A DNA stretch of 20,000 nt from IMG/VR virus record IMGVR_UViG_3300024268_000045; one strand, written 5' to 3'. Source of the stretch: an uncultured virus (IMG/VR IMGVR_UViG_3300024268_000045) (taxonomy: Duplodnaviria > Heunggongvirae > Uroviricota > Caudoviricetes). The translations under genes and the position numbers were made by a program. The notes beneath the pieces were generated by a model, which worked only from the letters and a program-made list of their open reading frames with translations, was not told where the DNA came from and did not search any database. Below are positions 18,365 to 20,000 of this stretch, piece by piece (within the stretch, counting starts at the first letter, position 1; every line of letters begins with the position of its first letter).

Positions 18365-19225
18365 TCACTTCCGTGTTTTGTATGGCTTACAAAGTTTACC
18401 TGCAACAAAGCCAGATGGACATTCATAACAGAAAATGTTCTCTTTTCCATTATTGAACCAATGTTTTCCTTTTCCAAACTTTAAGCGAGCTTCATTTGCT
18501 TTCTTCTTAGTCTCTTCGTTGATAGGCTTTTGAAGTTTGCCTTTTTTGAAGCCTTCAGGACACTCAAAATCAAGAATATTTTCTTCACCATTATTGAACC
18601 AATGTTTTCCTCTATGAATATCTGCAAGCCTCTTAATTTGATTTTTGCATTTATCACTGTTCTTCATAGAAGTTTTTATATGCTCAATATGTTCGTCTGT
18701 TTTTTTATGTCCTTTCAAAGATTTAGAAATATTATCATTCCAAGATTCTGTTCTTTCCACTGAGCTTAATTTCTTTGACATATTTTCTTTATATTCTTTA
18801 AGTGTTTGTTCATCCATTTCTCGTATAGCAGAACGACCATACATAGGATTCCCAGAACCAGAATATATTTTTGAAAAATGTTTCTTAACCTCGTCTGAAC
18901 ATATATGACCTTTATTGAGTTCTGATGATGCTTGTCCTACCAAAACTCTCAATCGTTCATATTCCCTACTTGAAACTTTATGCTTACCTGAATGTGATAG
19001 CCTCCATAAAGCAAATATCATTCCTTTTGTAGGATAAATCTTTACCAAAAGCTGGTGGCAAAAATAATGTTCTCTTGCAGTTAAGAGCACTTGATTAGAA
19101 AGTCTATCTTTCCAAAGAGGGAATATTGACTTTGGAAGTATATGATGCTTCTCATAATAAGCACCATTCTTCTTTTCTCTTAATCCCAACTTTTGCTCAT
19201 TCAAAGCTTTTGTAATAATTATCAT
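18365..19225 (-). CDS. Free-standing HNH homing endonuclease with NUMOD3-type and repeated C-terminal DNA-binding modules
   Basis: YYEKHHILPKS...NQVLLTAREHYFCHQLL HNH core; KGHICSDEVKK, GSGNPMYG and KGHKKTDEH NUMOD3-like motifs; two GKHWFNNG..N....ECP.GF..GKL repeats. Confidence 0.9.
   Translation of the reverse strand: MIIITKALNEQKLGLREKKNGAYYEKHHILPKSIFPLWKDRLSNQVLLTAREHYFCHQLLVKIYPTKGMIFALWRLSHSGKHKVSSREYERLRVLVGQASSELNKGHICSDEVKKHFSKIYSGSGNPMYGRSAIREMDEQTLKEYKENMSKKLSSVERTESWNDNISKSLKGHKKTDEHIEHIKTSMKNSDKCKNQIKRLADIHRGKHWFNNGEENILDFECPEGFKKGKLQKPINEETKKKANEARLKFGKGKHWFNNGKENIFCYECPSGFVAGKLCKPYKTRK
18447..18611. repeat. 24-nt direct repeat inside the endonuclease gene (domain duplication)
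   Basis: CCATTATTGAACCAATGTTTTCCT at 18447-18470 and 18588-18611. Confidence 0.9.
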
Positions 19226-19527
19226 ATGAACGGATATTCGGCTAAAGACCGAATATCTTCCTAATCTTACGAGCCGAGTACTCGACTTGATGGATTAGAA
19301 ACTTCGTGCTTCACAGCACTGCTTGGTGCTCCACACGCATTTGTACTTTCGGCTCGTTCCCTGCCTACTATGTCAGAGTCAAATCTGACTTCATTTTATG
19401 ATTTGCACCAGATAATACTGATCCCTGTGACTAACGTGGATTTCAATCATTTCTAATATAGTTAGTTGATTTTGAGCCTATTCAAATGTTTGGCTAAAGA
19501 CCAAACATTTTTCTAGGCTCGATTTCT
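19226..19527 (-). mobile_element. Non-autonomous IS200/IS605-family element (302 bp) with omegaRNA-like right end
   Basis: Two subterminal hairpins share the loop CTAAAGA (19233-19257 and 19484-19510). The minus strand ends ...GTTCAT and is preceded by TTTAC. No target duplication. Removing it rejoins ...FIHIY to MIIITKAL in frame. The 3' part reads like a tnpB tail (NACG...VKHE). Confidence 0.75.
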
Positions 19528-19552
19528 GTAAATATGAATGAAACTGTAAGCA

Positions 19553-19590
19553 CCTCCTAAGGCAAAAAAAGGTAGCATCCTTGCTACCTT
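19553..19590 (-). promoter_or_regulatory. Flagellin-type leader: AGGA-loop hairpin (CsrA-site-like) plus AGGAGG
   Basis: AAGGTAGCA-AGGA-TGCTACCTT, then a T-tract, then TTAGGAGGT. Could also act as an intrinsic terminator. Confidence 0.55.
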
Positions 19591-19594
19591 ATTA

Positions 19595-19621
19595 TTATCG
19601 ACATTTCATATAAAAATATTA
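19595..19621 (-). promoter_or_regulatory. sigma28 (FliA)-like promoter
   Basis: TAAT-N15-GTCGATAA versus consensus TAAA-N15-GCCGATAA; points toward HNH-flaB-flaA. Confidence 0.6.
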
Positions 19622-19636
19622 ACAATTATTTTTAAT

Positions 19637-19879
19637 TTATGCTTCAAAAACTTCCATAAGTTTTGCGGCAAGTTTACGAACGATGTCAGAAGGAACGTCT
19701 GAGTTATCAAAAACATCAACCATCAGCTGAACGAGAGAGTCATCGTCTGCGCCCATTCTTCTGTTTCTTTCGTAAAGTTCATTTACACCAGTTATCATCT
19801 TTTCGAAAGCTTCGTAATCCCCACCGCTCTCTTGCATTTTATTTGTTGTGCAAATTGCTTCAAATAATTTTTTATCCAT
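19637..19879 (-). CDS. Hypothetical acidic protein (80 aa)
   Basis: SD AGGAG; motifs LFEA, MQES. Confidence 0.7.
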   Translation of the reverse strand: MDKKLFEAICTTNKMQESGGDYEAFEKMITGVNELYERNRRMGADDDSLVQLMVDVFDNSDVPSDIVRKLAAKLMEVFEA

Positions 19880-19888
19880 TGTTATCTC

Positions 19889-19999
19889 CTACAGTATAGC
19901 ATTAAGCCAATAAGGCAAAGTTATATTCCATTTTAATTTTAAAATCAGCGTTGCAATATGAAGTAAGAAAAAGCCGCCAAGTATCGCTACTACAATTGA
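19889..19999 (-). CDS. 3' end of a hydrophobic (membrane) protein, truncated by window edge
   Basis: ...SIVVAILGGFFLLHIATLILKLKWNITLPYWLNAIL*; the TAG stop overlaps the SD of the next gene. Confidence 0.5.
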   Translation of the reverse strand, partial: SIVVAILGGFFLLHIATLILKLKWNITLPYWLNAIL

Positions 20000-20000
20000 A

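Noticed and set aside
18365..19225. HNH gene as IscB/Cas9-like RNA-guided nuclease paired with the upstream structured RNA
   Set aside because: No RuvC motifs, PLMP domain or bridge helix; the architecture is a typical HNH-NUMOD3 homing endonuclease, and the RNA-like region belongs to an inserted element.
19226..19527. CRISPR array, tRNA or group I intron in the structured gap
   Set aside because: Only two related palindromes and no repeat-spacer periodicity; no cloverleaf or recognisable intron core. IS200/IS605-type ends explain it better.
1184..19899. Numerous short overlapping or antisense ORFs in the track (e.g. 1184-1531, 3694-4056, 5660-5902, 7702-8058, 14864-15262, 18645-18908)
   Set aside because: They are shadows of longer, well-supported genes, with no SD and with compositions typical of off-frame translation.
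1..20000. Genome-wide TAG recoding (genetic code 15)
   Set aside because: All long genes are intact in the standard code, and TAG serves as an apparent stop at 4198 and 19889. Only one internal TAG was found.

Overview
AT-rich, densely coding window from a large T4-like (probably jumbo) tailed phage. The host is inferred to be a spirochete, probably Treponema-like. It carries a gp23-like major capsid protein, a gp20-like portal, a BspA/TpLRR-type repeat protein cut by the left edge, a SNF2-family helicase, a stand-alone C-terminal half of an NAD-dependent DNA ligase and several acidic proteins that may be head proteins. The most unusual part is 15.2-19.6 kb. It holds a phage-encoded periplasmic-flagellum cassette with spirochete-type FlaB core flagellin and FlaA sheath protein. 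Upstream lies a flagellin-style leader with a sigma28-like promoter and an AGGA-loop (CsrA-type) hairpin. An HNH/NUMOD3 homing endonuclease sits between leader and flaB, and flaB has a recoded, mosaic 5' end. A 302-bp non-autonomous IS200/IS605-type element that keeps a TnpB omegaRNA-like right end interrupts the endonuclease 5' end. Downstream are two paralogous small proteins built from the Gol-peptide-equivalent segment of the capsid protein, split by a shared insert. One has an in-frame TAG and the other is reached by an apparent -1 frameshift. All family assignments come from motif recognition by eye; no searches were run.
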